Of a stretch of DNA of 64,000 bases, positions 1 to 13,399 are shown piece by piece. The DNA comes from Anthoceros angustus (Eukaryota > Plantae > Anthocerotophyta). Each line of letters opens with the position of its first letter. Positions within the stretch are counted from its first letter, which is position 1. The stretch lies in the NCBI GenBank assembly GCA_010909165.1, contig VJWM01000205.1:1-64000 (forward strand). The letters are read 5' to 3'. The translations under genes and the position numbers were made by a program. The notes under the pieces are model-generated. The model made no database searches. It was given only the letters and a program-made list of their open reading frames with translations, and was not told where the DNA came from.

Positions 1-2470
1 GAGCTGAAGGATTCCAACAGGTGGGAATGCGCGCTCTAGAAGATCTCGGGATGAAGTGGGGAGGTTTAAGGGCACAAGGCAAGTGGAGGGCACATGCATT
101 TAATCGAACGGGGTCACAAAGGGAAGAACATGCCGTAGCGGAGGAGGAACCCATGACAGCCTACACCTAGGGTCACCAGTCGAATCAGCAGCAGGACGGG
201 TGAAGGAGGAGAAGATAAAAGGGAAACGGCAGTTGTCCCCCTTCGTGCAGGGATGAGTTGTCGTCACACTAGGGAGGTTGAACGATAAAGGGTAGCCAAG
301 CTGGGTGCATCACCAACCCCTAGGAGAGGAGGAAGGGGTTAATTTCGACTGCCAGCCCGCGAGTCTGCTGACGAGCTCAAGGACATTTTTGGCGACATCC
401 TCATTGACCTGCCCAAATCAAGTGGGACATAAAGTGACATCATTATGCGGAATTGTTGTGGAGGGGATGGGCATGTGATCAAATTTTCCAATCTGAATTT
501 CAGTGCCAGACCTCGACTCGGGCCTACCATGGCTCAGACTCAAAGTGACCTTCTCGGCACCAGCACGCATGGCTCCTACTTGGTCGAGTGTGCAGGTGGA
601 CAAGAGAAGCTGCTCAAGGAAAAGTTGGTGGGTCCGAGGCAAGAACAAGGTAAGGTGAGGACCGCAGACGGAGGCGGGAAGGCCCCCTGCCTGCGCAAGG
701 CGTAAAATTGAGGGCCATGTCCTTCCAATGTGGAGGCTGGCCTTAGTGAATCAAGTCAAAGAGGCGACGCCACGATTGAGGAGCTCCAATGCAATGAGGT
801 CTCACAAGTCCAAGAGCGTGGAGACAATGGCGCCCGGAGGAATTCCAAGAAGTCGCTGAGTGGAGATACAAGCCGGAGAGAGAGACGGGCAAGCTAGGGC
901 TGTAGAAATAAGAAAGAGGCGGCCAAACCAAGAAGGGCCAGAGCAACAGCCACTCAGAGGAGTCCAAGCAACCACCGTATGAAGTGAACCACCACGTGGC
1001 TACTAAACCGCCACCGTCAAGGGAAGGAGGAACCAAGGTGGGGAAGCCACCCTGGGCTGTGAGCGCCTTGTATGGGGAGGGGCGTAACCTCGAACTCCGG
1101 TGAGGCACCGCCTGGGATTGTCCACGGAGGAGAGGGTAAGGACCTCTCAGATCGTATGATTGTATTGAGACCGCGCGCCCTCGGATGAGATGCTCGTGTC
1201 TTCTGCTTCTACAGGAGCGGGTGCAAAGTCACCTAATGTGTATGTGGTTGCTGGGACAGGGCCGAGGGGCGTAACCACCGTCAGACATCTTGACGCCACG
1301 GGCGCGCACTGTGGTCTCTTTGAATAGAGCCGGCGCCTACCTCCAAGTGGTTTTGCAGCCGAGGAGATGAGGGTATGGAGGCTGCAGGCATGGAGGAGGA
1401 GACACGTGTGGCGCCGCCCAACATGAGGAGCCGGAACAACAGCATGAGGCCAGGCGCGACGCCCACGCCCACGGGAGGCATGAGAAACCGCAGTAGCAAG
1501 CAGAGCGGCGGGTGGTTTTGGGAGAGAATCGCCTGACTGAGGTATGGGGCGGAAGGAGAGCTAGAGGGGACCCCTTTGTGGGCCTGAGGGCTAGGCAAAG
1601 AATCATGAGGGCGGCAAATCACGTGATTTTAGGGGAGCCACATATCACATAGGTCCGGGTTTCTTTTCGGGTTAGGGATAGGATGTTTTCAGAGACTGAG
1701 CCGTGAGAGTTGCCTCGGATTGGTAGGAGCGCCGGTAGAGGGCTACAATTTTTAGACACCGGAGAGAAGCGAACGAACTGCAGGATGTATAAGAGACCCT
1801 TGTCTCTTCTCTATACATTTGTGTGTGGAACTCAGGTGGTGTCGATGCCAAGGTTGATTCCACGCATCGAATCGGTCGATGCACCGCCACATAAGAAGAC
1901 CGGAAGATCCTCGGGCCGGTCGAGAGCGGAGGGCTAAGCTGGCAGTGAACGGTGAAGGACGCCAGGCCAAGGGGCAAGAATTCCTGGAAGGTTGGGGTGA
2001 GATCGCCACTGAGCGAATCGCCAAGTACCGACTGCGTTTTTTCTCGCCCTCCTTCTAAACTGGCCGCCATCGTAACGTGTTCACCCTATCCGTGGTGAGG
2101 TCTGTGGTGGCCTGGCAGTGAGGTCTGCAGGGAAAGGGAGCGAGGAGTATCTATGTGTGGTAGAGGGAGGTTCTGGAAAAGGGAAAGGAGAGAAGTGTGT
2201 CAATGAGGGGAGTATGCGTAACATTTTGAGGAAACGGGAAAGTTAGAAAGGGAAAAGTGAGCGATGAGATCGCAAGTGTGGGCTATGGACTTTGGGGGTA
2301 GGAAATCTAAGGGGCTTTTTTTGGTAGGTTGGAATAGTAAAATAAGGCGAAAAGGAGAACATACTGATAGCATCTGACTGACCCGCTGAGTATACTCCTG
2401 ACCCGAGGCAACGCACTCGAACCACCATACAGCACCGGACTACTGCACGATAAGTCCGGACCCCACTCCG
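1..2470 (+). mobile_element. Degenerate retroelement-associated element, family A copy 1 (3' part of ORF plus downstream non-coding region)
   Basis: Diverged inverted homology to ~9715-7600. Example: pos 5-66 GAAGGATTCCAACAGGTGGGAATGC..TAGAAGATCT..GATGAAGTGGGGAGGTT vs revcomp of 9661-9715. The peptide remnants NCCGG..QEKLLKEKL are shared, as are the 1600-2050 blocks with 8380-7915. Many stops and frameshifts. Confidence 0.55.
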
Positions 2471-2499
2471 GGTCAAAACGTGATAAGCACGCTGTGGAA

Positions 2500-5400
2500 A
2501 GTAACTTAGGTTGAGTCGTGAGGATGTACTAAGCTGGGCGCGCCACGTGGACGGCCCCGAGTGGAGGTCGCATGCAGCAGCCAGACCGCGGGGCCGCAGG
2601 TGGTATTCACGCCCGCGGATCGCGCCAAGGCAGAAGGCCGTAGTACGCGCGTAAGGGCCGCAGTAAGCGGAGGCGAAGGTCGTAAGCCATGCACCTCCGC
2701 GCTACGATAGGAAGAGGCGCCTTCCGCCGTTACTCCCAAAGGCGCGGTCAAGAGGGAGGGTCATTTCGCTAGCAAGGACAATTCGCAGCCTCAAGGCCCG
2801 CAACCCGGCCTCCGGCTTATCTTTGAGCGCCAAGCATCTTCGAGCGCGGCTCACCGATGTTGGAGCCGAACCAAGCGAAAGGAGGGCGATCGCCGGACTG
2901 GCCAGCCACAGAACAAGGGAAGAAGAAGGCGATGGCACCCAAAAAGGTCATGGAGGTCCGGGGAGCCATGGAACCTCGTAGAGCGCAACATTGTGACCCG
3001 CTATCCGGACTTTGGGCCCCGGCCGGAGGAAGCGGGAATTAGTCGAGGAGTGGCACCGGATGTGTTCCAGTGCCGCTCGAGGCCACTCGTCCGTCCGGAG
3101 TTCGCCAAGATGCGGCGCCAACAAGGAGGTTCGTCCAAGAACCTCCTGAGGATCCTAGGCGATGGACCTTGAGGTCCCGAGGGCGCCTACAACCGCCCAA
3201 AGGAGGAAGAAGGGGCGAGTCCCGAGCCCTCAAGGCGGGAAAGATAGGGCCGCACGCGGCGCCGAGGCTCGAACGCAGGACAACCAACGGGTTGATATCG
3301 ACCGCCGATACCGAGTAAGGGCGAGCCCATTGTCCATTGAACTGCTCACCAAGGTGGATCACCTTGGTGATAATTTGCTGGTGTTCTCGCATGCTGGGAA
3401 GAGGGGCGGACGGGAAGGATTATCTTCGTTCGCCGAGGCCCGCAAGCCGAGGAGCGAGAAGCCTCGCCATTCGGGCCGCCCCATACCCGATCCATGTATG
3501 GGGACATTTCGAGCTCCTCAAGGAGGGAGAGATCGAGCGCCCGAAGGGAGGCCCCGCTAAGTGGAGCGCAAGGGCGCCTGGGGGGGCCACCAAGGCCAAA
3601 CGGACCCGGAGGAGGACGATCGAGGGATTCCGACCCATACGTCTGAACGGACCCCTCACCACCTGTGGAAGTATGGAAGAAATCCCCGCCTCCTCCGGTG
3701 CCTCCGAGCAATCAACGCAGCAGAGGGAACGACGGAGGAGTTGGCGCCCCGAGCCCAAAACCCAAGAATCAGCCACGAGCCTGACTCAAGGGAACCAAGA
3801 GGCGCAAGATGTTTACCAACGCAAAGACTCGTGACGGTGCTCAGCTTACCCCCGCCCACGGAGTGGCAAGAGGTCAAGAGGCTGAAGGAGGGCGAAGGGA
3901 CGCCGCCAAGGAGCAGGAGGTCACCGCAAGCTGCACTCGAGCCGTCCTGCCTCCCGACAGAAGGCAAGGGCTAGCTCCCGACCCCTCACCCCTCCGAGCC
4001 CTGTGAGAAGAGGGCAAAGGAATGGCCAAGAGGGCCAAGGAGGGTGAAGCTGACCAGACTCGTGACCTAAGGGTCCCGATTAGGTCCGAGAACCCACCGA
4101 CTTACTCCTGATCATGTATGGAGGTCCTGGCGGACCGTGAAATGCCCCGCCCCACTACGACTTTGGGGGCCTCACGGGCGGCCGTGGAAGAAACACGGCT
4201 GGTCCCGGCCACGCGGGATGATGCAGTCTCTGGACTGAGACCTGGAGGTAGAAGCCACCCGAGGCGATGGTGCCCTCCAGAGCAGCTGAGGGGCCTGTGA
4301 GGCAAGGAGGAGGCCAAGCTCGGCCGCATCGAGGAAGGGAAAAGGGAGGCCGAGAGGGAAGTCCGTCCATCCGGAGACTGGACTAAATTCCTTCACCGGG
4401 TGAGCACAAGCAGTTGGAGGCCCAAGCACGGGCGGAAGACCTCCGCAGCGGAGGGAGAAGCGCAGAGGCAGAGAGGCCCGGGCGCAAGCGAGAAGGCTCG
4501 TGCCGGAGGCGGCCCGACCGACCGGGCCAAATGGGCGAAGCCTGTGAAGGCAAGGGAGGCGGAAGTCATAAGATCGACCGGATCACTATCGCGGATCGGA
4601 ACCGGTGGAGGGAGACGGCAGATAGCCGCGCTAACCTCAAGAAGGAGGAGGCGAGCAGCCACATGCCGAGGAGGAGGAAGCACGCGCAAGGAGATGGAGG
4701 ATCTCCTGGCCCCATGGAGGTGGAACGCACGCGTGAGATGGAAGACCGCAAGGAGACTCGAGTCATAGCCCAAGTTACCATTGAGAGGAATGAAGTTCAG
4801 GCGTGATCGCGATCACGAACGAGAAATAGAGCGGCCCAGCCTGCTATACGGAGGAAGACGCGGCATGGAACAGGAGCAGTGACGCCGCCAAATGGAGAAG
4901 GACTGGCGAGGCCTGACGGGCAGAGTTCACCGCCTGAGAGGGAGATGGCGGAGTTAACGCCGTAATGAACGGAGGAGCGAGAGCACCGGACGCAGAAAAG
5001 AAGTCACCTGAGAAAGGCGAAGGAACGCGCTATGGCGGTAAGCTAGCAATGAGCGGAAACGACGGAGGAGCAAAGGAGCAGCAAGTCCGCAGAGGTGACC
5101 GAGGCCGCCTTGTAGCCTCGCTGATACGGCCCAAACCAAACCGGGGAGGTGGCCCAACAAGCCGGCAAAGACGCCTTCCCGAACACCTATGGCGGAGTAT
5201 CGGCCCGGCACACGCGGAAGAGGCAAAAGTTGATCGACTTTGCCTATTACCACGCCCGAGCTCCTTAAGATCAGCCTCCCCCACAAATAGACGGACTCGG
5301 AAGGCTCAAGGGGATGAAGGGCACGGGACAAGACGGGACTCTAGTGGCCCCGCTTGGAGACGACGGAGCGGGAGAAGAGCATCAAGAGGAGCAGGACGCG

Positions 5401-6590
5401 CCGATACAACGAATCCTGTGGTAAGTCCGCCGCAACCCGCCGGAAGATAGAGGCGGGGCCTTGAAGGGGAGTGGAAGGAGGAAGCCAACCACCCAAGACA
5501 AGGGTCGGGAAGGATGAGGACCCAGTGCAAGAGGTCCGCAGTAAGGGGTCCGGAGCGTGAGACCGGACTAATAAGTTCTGACCTTGAGGTCCGAACCTCA
5601 GATGAGACCGACCCAGCAGACCGACTGGGGAAGGAGGACTCGAGGTTCCGACCGAGTCGAGACCGACCCCGAGGTCCGACTCAGAAGTAAGGAGGAGTCC
5701 CTCCGACTTACGCTGGGGAGCAGACAATGGGTGGCCCTACGACGGGACCCACCGGGGAACCAGGGGAAACGACAGGTAACGGGCGCACACGCCAGCCCAA
5801 CCCAGGTGATTCCGGAAGAGGAAGGGGTCCGCCGCTGATCATCCGATTGGGTGCGCCTGAATCGCCGGGAGATTGACCACCAATCCCGAGGCGGAACCCG
5901 GACCTTCCCCCCCACCGACTAAGGAGATAGGAGGAGGAATAGGATGGTAGGCGGCCGATTAGGGCAGCCGCCACCACCCATTAGGGTGTAAAAGGCGCCA
6001 CCTCCGCGAGTATAAGAGGGCCGAGGTCGTAAAGTATCTTTCTTGGTGTTGATGCCGCTTGCACTTGTGCCTTCTTGCTAACGTGAGTCCCGAGTCATCG
6101 AAAGGTGCACGACTCCCGGAGAGACCGATCAAGGGGTGACGGACCCTAACGTGGTGGTGGTGTGTGTGGAAGGGCTCTGGGACCCGTGGTTGCCCAGGCC
6201 GCGCCCCGAACGGACCGGAACGTGTGAGGAGACTCGAGGGCGTAGAGCCCACGAGGAGAGGCCCGCAACGACGAGGAGGTCCGACCGTAGCCCCTGCTTT
6301 CCCTAAGACCGGAGTGAGTGTGGAGAGAAGAACGGACTAGAGGTAAGTGACGAACGTGAACGATACGGACGAACGGGTCCTTTAAACGCTTGGCCACACC
6401 GGCCTGGTGAACGCTAGTAGTTAGATGCGAATCTGAATGTGCGCTGAGACCGAACGGACGAAAGTGAAGTAAGAATCGCTCGAACGCGTAAACGGAGCCT
6501 ATCATTCCCTTGGGAACGGACTCCTTCCTACACGGGATTGTGCGCTACCCCGCCGCCGAAAGTTGCGCATGGGGTCACGCCGAGTGAGGC
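2500..6590 (+). mobile_element. Degenerate retroelement-associated element, family B copy 1, nested in A copy 1; ORF remnant followed by an LTR-like region
   Basis: Remnant peptides EDPRRWT.., LLTKVDHLGDNLLVF, PYPIHVWGHFELLKEGE. 2900-3450 matches revcomp 15720-15080 and 5600-6530 matches revcomp 14330-13420. TATAAGAGGGC box at ~6011. A-type homology to 7360-9715 resumes at ~6610, supporting insertion. No RT/RNaseH/integrase motif recognised. Confidence 0.55.
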
Positions 6591-6854
6591 CGTGTGTCTA
6601 TGGTCATGGTGCCTAATCCTCGAACGCTCAGAGCCGTCTCTCTTGTGGAGTGAATTATGCACTTAGTGTGCACAGAAATCATAACCTCAAAGACCACGCC
6701 AGAGGACTAATAGATAACACACAGGCAGCTGGGTCGTGGGGCCCGCTGGTTGAATCACGACAGGGGTCGAACCTCTCATGTGGTGGCATTCTGGGTGGTG
6801 GGGTCTGTATGGTAGCTGGTTCCTCGTAGGGGCATATTCGTTGTAGAGCTAGGA

Positions 6855-7448
6855 CCCATAGTTTTAGAACATCTTGACACAAAACCATTCCCTTGGGATC
6901 AGAATCCTAGGACTATAACGACATAGAGGGTAAATGTGGCCTCTTTGCACTTTGACGCTTAAAACCCCATTCTGCACAGCTCCTCCAACTTGGAAGATGG
7001 GCTGCATATTCATGGCCAATTTGGTATACTAAGCGGAAGGTTGTTCAAGGAATATGACCATGGGTGAGTTCTAGAGTGAGGGGTGAAGTCATCTACTTGT
7101 CTCACCCGATGATGTGTAAGATCTTTGGTAATATTAAGGAAGACCTTGGGGGACTATTGGTTCCTCTACTATAAGAGGAGGACTCCGGGTTTAAATTTAT
7201 CTTCAAAGTTAGTTTCTATATCTTGGAGGTGACATAAAATCGTCTGATTACGCCAAGCAGACCATTTCCAAAATAAGGCGATGTAGGAGGGTACTAGAAG
7301 TGGGGAGTCGGCTTAAACCAAGGGTTAGATAGTTGTGGAATGGGTTTTTGCATTGAAGACGAAGAGGCCACATTTACCCTCTATGTCGTTATAGTCTAGG
7401 ATTCGATCCCAAGGAATGGTTTTGTGTCAAGGTGTTCTAAAATCATGG
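6855..7448. repeat. Inverted repeat: ~90 bp near-identical arms (6855-6944 / 7360-7448) around a ~415 bp spacer
   Basis: The left arm TTTTAGAACATCTTGACACAAAACCATTCCCTTGGGATCAGAATCCTAGGACTATAACGACATAGAGGGTAAATGTGGCCTCTT matches revcomp of the right arm apart from one substitution and three 1-bp indels. Confidence 0.9.
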
Positions 7449-10400
7449 ATTCTAGACTTACCCGCTCACTACCCCTCCTCTCCCACCCATACACCCAACC
7501 GTGGAGACTCGGCCACCGCGGTGGCTGGTTCAACCAATGGGTCCCCACCTGCGTCATCGCGTGACTATTGTCACCGACTTCTCGTGAGACCTTGGGGTTA
7601 TGGGCATACACACGCCTACATGCCTCCCTCACCGCTTAATTTCAGCGTTCGGGTCCTTCCGGGAGCTATGCACCGACCTCGGTCTTGTGAGCCTCACTCC
7701 GTCGCCCTCCACATTCCACCACTCACTTCTCCCTAACCATTTCTATCTTCCCACCCAGTAGCACTCATCCACCCTTTGGGGACCTTCCCTTCCTAAATAA
7801 ATCTTCTCTCCTCTCCTCACGGGTCACACACGACCCCACCTTGGGCCACAGACCCCTCTTGGGCCACAGACCCCTCCTTGGGCCACAGACCCCTCTTGGA
7901 ATGAAACACGCTGGTGGCGGCAGTTGGGAAGAGATCGGGAAGGAAAACCAGGTCGGTTCTTGGCGATTGCCTTCAAGCCACGCCTCAACCTTCGGCAACC
8001 CCTACCTCCCTTGGCGTGCGTCTTACCCTCACTCCCGGGCGTGGAGCTTGGCCACTCGCTCTCGACCATCCAGGATCTTCCGGCCTTCTTGTGGAGGCGG
8101 TGCATCGAGCAGGTTTGATCTTGATCGGACGTCTCCAACCAACCTCGCGCCATAGCTTCAACACGGAAGTTCACACTGTAATTGTATGCATTAAGAGAGA
8201 CTCTCAAGGTCTCTTATCATTGTGGATTTCCACACTCCTACCGATTCTGAAAATATGGACTACCTCCTACCACAATTCGGTAACTTCCACGGGTCCTCAA
8301 AACATCCTATCCCCTACCCCAAAAGAAGCCTCTCGGCCTATGATGTCGCGCTCCCTAAAATCAGTAGCGTCATGATTCTTGCCTAGCCTACTGCGGCCGG
8401 TGGGGTTCAGTCGCTCTCGCTCTCTCCACGCCTCGATCCGGCGATTCTCCCCAAAACCTCCACCTGTTCGCCATTGCTGGTTTCTTGGCGTCTTCCATGG
8501 GCGTCGTATGGGCCCTATGCATTATTCCGCTCTTCATCATTTGGGCCGGTACAGTGTGCTCCTCCCTCCACGCCTCGCCCTCATTTCCTCGATCACCACT
8601 TGGGGTAGGCCCCGCTCCCGTTCGGAAGAACCAGTAGCATGGCGGTCAAGATGTGCAGCCAATAGTTTACGCCCTCCAACAACCACATACACATTTAGAG
8701 TGAGCACAGCTCACCATGCGTGCAGGGACATGAGCATCCTCATCCAGGGCCGCTGTCGCCCTTATCTGAGGTTCTTACCCTCTCCTCCGTGGACAATCTG
8801 AGGCAGGCCTTCCGGAATCGGAGGATCGTATCCCCACCTGCTCCTGGCTGAGTGACCTCCCCACCTCGGTTCCTTCTTCGACGGTGGCGGTTTAGCCACC
8901 GTGGTGGTGGTTTCCCCGGTGGTGGCTTGACCCTGCAGTTCTTGTCGCTCACCCTTCTTGGTTTGGCCACCTCTCTTGACTCAGCCCTAGCTTCATCTCT
9001 CGCTTGTATCTCATGACTTCTTGAATTTCTCGGGCGCCATTGTTTCCACTTGTTCTGGGCTCATGAGACCTCATCTTGAAGCTCCTCAATTGTGGCATCG
9101 CCTCCTTGACTGATTCACTAAGGCCTCTGTTGGGTGGTGGCACATGCTTGCTCACATGGGCAGCCTCGCATTCCGTCTGCGCTCCTCTGCCCACCTTGTT
9201 CTCGCCTAGGCTCTCCAACTTCTCCTTGAGCAACTTTTCCTGTGGCCTGCACTCAGGTGAGAGCCATGGGCTGGTCGAGATCCGCTGCGTCCCGAGCCAT
9301 GGCAGTCGAGCCCAGATTGTGGGCTGCCCGTGCCCATTCCCTCCACAACAATTCTCTGCACGTGTCACTGTCTCCACTTGATGGATGGTCGGTGAAATGT
9401 CGCCAAAATGTTCCAGCTCGTCGCGGACTTGGCTATCGAAACTAACCCCTCTTCTTCTAGGGGTTGGTTGCCACTACTTCCTCATCATCGCTCAATCTCT
9501 CCTAGCGGCGACTCCTCCCACGGAGGGAACAACATCGTTCCCTCCTCCTTCACTCGCGTTCCTGCTGGATTTCGACTGGTGACCACAGGTGTGGCTGTGG
9601 GTTCCTCCTGCTGTTGTCCTTCCTTCTTACCCCGTTCGGTGCCCTCAGCTTCTTGCTGGAAACCTCCCCACCTTCATCAGATCTTCTAGGGAGCATTCCC
9701 AAGCTGGAATCCTTCCGGAATCCTCCTTACCTCCTCCTCCTCTACCTTGAGTTCACGGTTTCCATGAAGAGCGGCTTCAACTCGTAGACACGAATCGTGA
9801 ATACATGAATTAGAAAAGGTGAAATCAAGGGCCGAGGGAAGGGAAGTCCTCTCCTCACGAGGCTCTTTCAAAGATCATCCGCCTCGATTTGTGTACCTTT
9901 AACCACCTCATGAAGAAAGACCGAGGAAGTGAGTACGCCATATGATCAACTTAGTTGCGAAACACAAAATCCACTTGGCTAATCCCACATTTGTGAGACA
10001 CGAGTTGGCGAGTCACCCATCCATTATTCACCCTCACTTCTCCGGGCTTCATGGCGCGGACTGCGACTCAGTCTTCTTTCTGGGGATCAATTACCAAGCT
10101 TCCATCCTCGATGCTTCTCGCCTTTTCGAAGAGTCCCAAATCCAGTTTCGGCCTCTTCCTCGCGTCACCCTCTTGCAACTTGGTTCTCAATTGCGGGCGC
10201 ACTCTTGCACCAATCTTTGGTACACACCATTTCTTCTCCATAAATCCAGACCCGGCTCACGCAGTGCCCACCTTCCGGTGGTCCATGTTGGGCCTTGCAT
10301 GTGGAATTTCACTCGGGCCATCTCCCTTTCTCCTTGTTTCTCGGGAAAGAAGAGCCCTCCTGCAGCCAGTGGAAAAAGGGACACCACCCTCGCGTCTCCT

Positions 10401-10620
10401 CCACTCCCTTTTTTCTTGGCGCTCTTGCCTCACTCTTTTCCTCCTTCATGGCCTGGTTTCCTTCCTCCGCCACCGCCATTCATACAGTGGCACGTCGTTC
10501 TGCAGACGAGACTCGGCCGGCGTTGCATCGCGCCCACTTCTGCTCGCTCAACGCCTGGCAGGTCGACCTCATGACGGTGTGTCAGTCTCGATTCGCTCCA
10601 GTCGGCGGCCCGCTCGCCAC
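7360..10620 (-). mobile_element. Degenerate retroelement-associated element, family A copy 2 (tail-to-tail with copy 1)
   Basis: Minus-strand remnant NNGW..TKVDHMAYSL..RMIFER..LISPFLIHVF aligns by eye with family B TKVDHLGDNL..RIIFARV..PYPIHVW. Inverted DNA homology to 1-2470 and 6610-6990. Confidence 0.55.
7839..7900 (+). repeat. Tandem repeat, ~19 bp x3 (TTGGGCCACAGACCCCTC)
   Basis: Read directly from the sequence. Confidence 0.9.
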
Positions 10621-10929
10621 TAGGGTTATAACTCCCACAGTGCATGCGTCCGTTCTTGACCAAGTGGTGGGCAGCTACCTCCCCAGCTTATTTGCGTGGC
10701 AAGATGTAGGCACCTAACATATATAGACACTTTCTTATTTCTAAAATCACCAAAACCCAAGGACTCTATCTCAGCCTACCTATAAAATTGAAAAACCTAA
10801 GGTCCAAAAAGAAATTATTATCCCAAGGGCCAAGGACCATTCTCAGTATAAAAGACCTTACCAGGCGATTCTCAAAGCACTTTGCTATACAAACACTCCC
10901 CGACAAAAAATCTTTCCCAACACTTGAGA

Positions 10930-12140
10930 GGGGTTAGTATATGTGGTCTTCCACATATGGTAGTTTGGCAAGTGTGGAGGAATGGCGGTTCTCGGGAGGA
11001 AGGTGGCAGCAAGTGGAGGCTTCTGCTTGTTTGCTAAGACATCGCCTGGCTAATGGACAACGGATCAAAGCGGTGAGATACCTCTAGGGACCATGCGAAC
11101 AATGAGAGAGTGGCTCGGGCTAGGGAAGAGAATGTCTGATGCCCACTACAAAGTGGGCTTCATGGTTATTCAGACAAGGAACATGCCTAGGGTACAACAT
11201 CACAAGTTATGGAGATTACCGGAGCGTGACCGGAACCGGTCAAGGATCGGCGGAGCAACTTTGTAGTGAGGAGGCTTGGATCCGAGGTCTTGCTCTTCAT
11301 CAACTTGCTCCACCTTGGTTGGAGCTTCCGACACCAAGCCAAAACACATATGCTCTTCTCCCACACTCCAAGGAATGATCCCATTCCATTCACCTTGCCA
11401 TGGTGAGGTGGACTTCCTCATCCAGGGCTCGCAAGGCATCCATCGACATCCGTGTTCCAAAGCTGCGGGTGAACTCGCATAGTCTTGAAGTATAGGCGGC
11501 AGGGGTCGAGGCGATGTGACTTGGGCCAAGCTCCACCAGGCGGTATCTTGGCGCATGACTCGAGTAGGAGCTCCTGCTATATACACCACACCAGGCGAGA
11601 TCAAGCGATGCATATTGAGGGGACATTGCTTGGGAAAACTCCTCTTCCATCTTTGGCGAGAGGAAGTGGAGAGGCTAGGCTGCCATCATATGTCGCATCT
11701 TCCGCCCATCATCCCATTTGGATTGGGCTAGGGAAGAGAGGAGCTCCACCAATTGAGCAGGCGGTGGGCGAGGTGGGGGAGAGGGGCGCATTGCGAAGAC
11801 CTGCCAGATGCTCATGTCAAGTCCCCACACGAAGGCAACCAAATCGGCAGGGAGAGTAATAGCATCAAGCTCCAGATGGTAAAAGCGGGTTTGACCCATC
11901 GCTACCTCTCCACCAAGGTGGAAAGTCAAACCGGCAGACCACCTAGTCATGAGCAACAAAGAGGAGGAGCATGTCCAGCCTCTTTTGAATGGTGATAGCG
12001 TATACATGATGCAGAGGGGGTCGCGAGATAGGCAGCAGGGACCGTTAGAAGGCCGCTGGCACGCGGAACTCAAAACCACCGTAAAAGTCGCGGCCTCTGC
12101 AGGGCCTCGGCCTCATTCAATTTTGTCCAGGGGAAACAGG
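10930..12140. mobile_element. Unclassified degenerate GC-rich TE-like remnant
   Basis: GC-rich block bounded by AT-rich flanks, with short broken ORFs on both strands. No diagnostic motif confidently recognised. Confidence 0.2.
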
Positions 12141-12148
12141 GTGGAATT

Positions 12149-13260
12149 CTAGAGAGAAATTGACCATATTGGTCATTTTTTTACTCAATGCTGTAAGATT
12201 TATTACAAGAGGGTAGAAAACAATGCCATTTAGGGTGAAAATAATCCACCATCCATGTTGAAACCATAGCAGTAAGGTAGAAAAAATAGCCACCAAGTGA
12301 ATACCAGGTACATCTAGATAGAAGCTCATTCTGGAAATCCCACCAAAATCGCTAAATCTGGCAGTAAAACATATTCAGTTAAATACCATTCATGCGGATC
12401 CAGGATATAGAAAAAACCAACAAAGAATCCTTTTCTTTGCAAAGTTTCCGGTATATCCAGAATGACATGAAATACAAATTTAAATAATGTAGAGTAAATA
12501 CCAGATAAGACTGATTTCCGCACTGCCTCAAAAACCTGCATAGAATCCATAATTAAGCATATACAGGGGCACACTGAAAACAATAAGAAATAACACCTAG
12601 ATACTTAAGCAATAACAATCACCTTATTTTGGAAAATTGACTGTACAATTATAGAAATTGAAAATGTAATTTTTACGTCCACTTGGTTTCATTGGCACAA
12701 CTTGTCCAACATTATCATAGTTGGCCAGAACTTGCTGAAGTTGAGGGCTTCGAAGAATTCATCATTGTCCTGAAAAGTGAAAACCTGATTAGACACAATT
12801 ATTTTCACTTTACTGAAATTAAGAAAGATAACATCACTTACAGTCACCGATGGATTTCCGTGATTGGCAATGGGCATTTCTCAAAGCCCAGGATCATTCT
12901 GATTCTGTTGTCTCTCCCACTGCATTTTTCGCATCTCTTGATGCTCCCTCTGCTGCTGTTTCAGTTTTTCTTGATATTTCAAGTGTTCTTGTCTTCTTGC
13001 CACATTCTTCTGCCTTTGAATCTCAAGAGCTTTCTCCCTCTGCTTGGACACCCTTAGTTCAACTGCTTTACGCCTTTGCCTCTCAATCAATGCCTCCAAA
13101 TCTTTTCGTCGTTGAAACTCCCTTTCCTCTTTCTATTTATTATACTCCAACTCCCGTTCTCGGGAGATATCAGCCAGACTCTGCTGAAAAGTGCTTGAAT
13201 TCTCAGTCTCATTCTGCAGAACCACGCCCAAAGGTAATATGGCCACATTTATGTCCTATT
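12149..13260 (-). pseudogene. AT-rich spliced gene fragment encoding a charged coiled-coil segment, with in-frame stops
   Basis: Minus frame ..SRERELEYNK*KEEREFQRRKDLEALIERQRRKAVELRVSKQREKALEIQRQK..NDPGL*EMPIANHGNPSVT is followed by a GTAAGT donor and TTTTCAG / ATGCAG acceptors. Composition shifts sharply relative to the flanks. Confidence 0.4.
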
Positions 13261-13399
13261 GCACTTCAGACGTTTCATCACAATGACTTGGCACAATAGC
13301 CTGCAACTGAGGGCCCACTGCATTATCAATGTTAAAATCTTGAACTGTGAGGCTGCTCAAACTGGTAGCTGGGTGTGGCGCGACTTACGGCGTCGCCCA

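Noticed and set aside
11139-11731. LINE ORF2 C-terminal zf-RVT remnant
   Set aside because: Only a vague Cys/His/Trp pattern, with no CCHC spacing or RT motifs.
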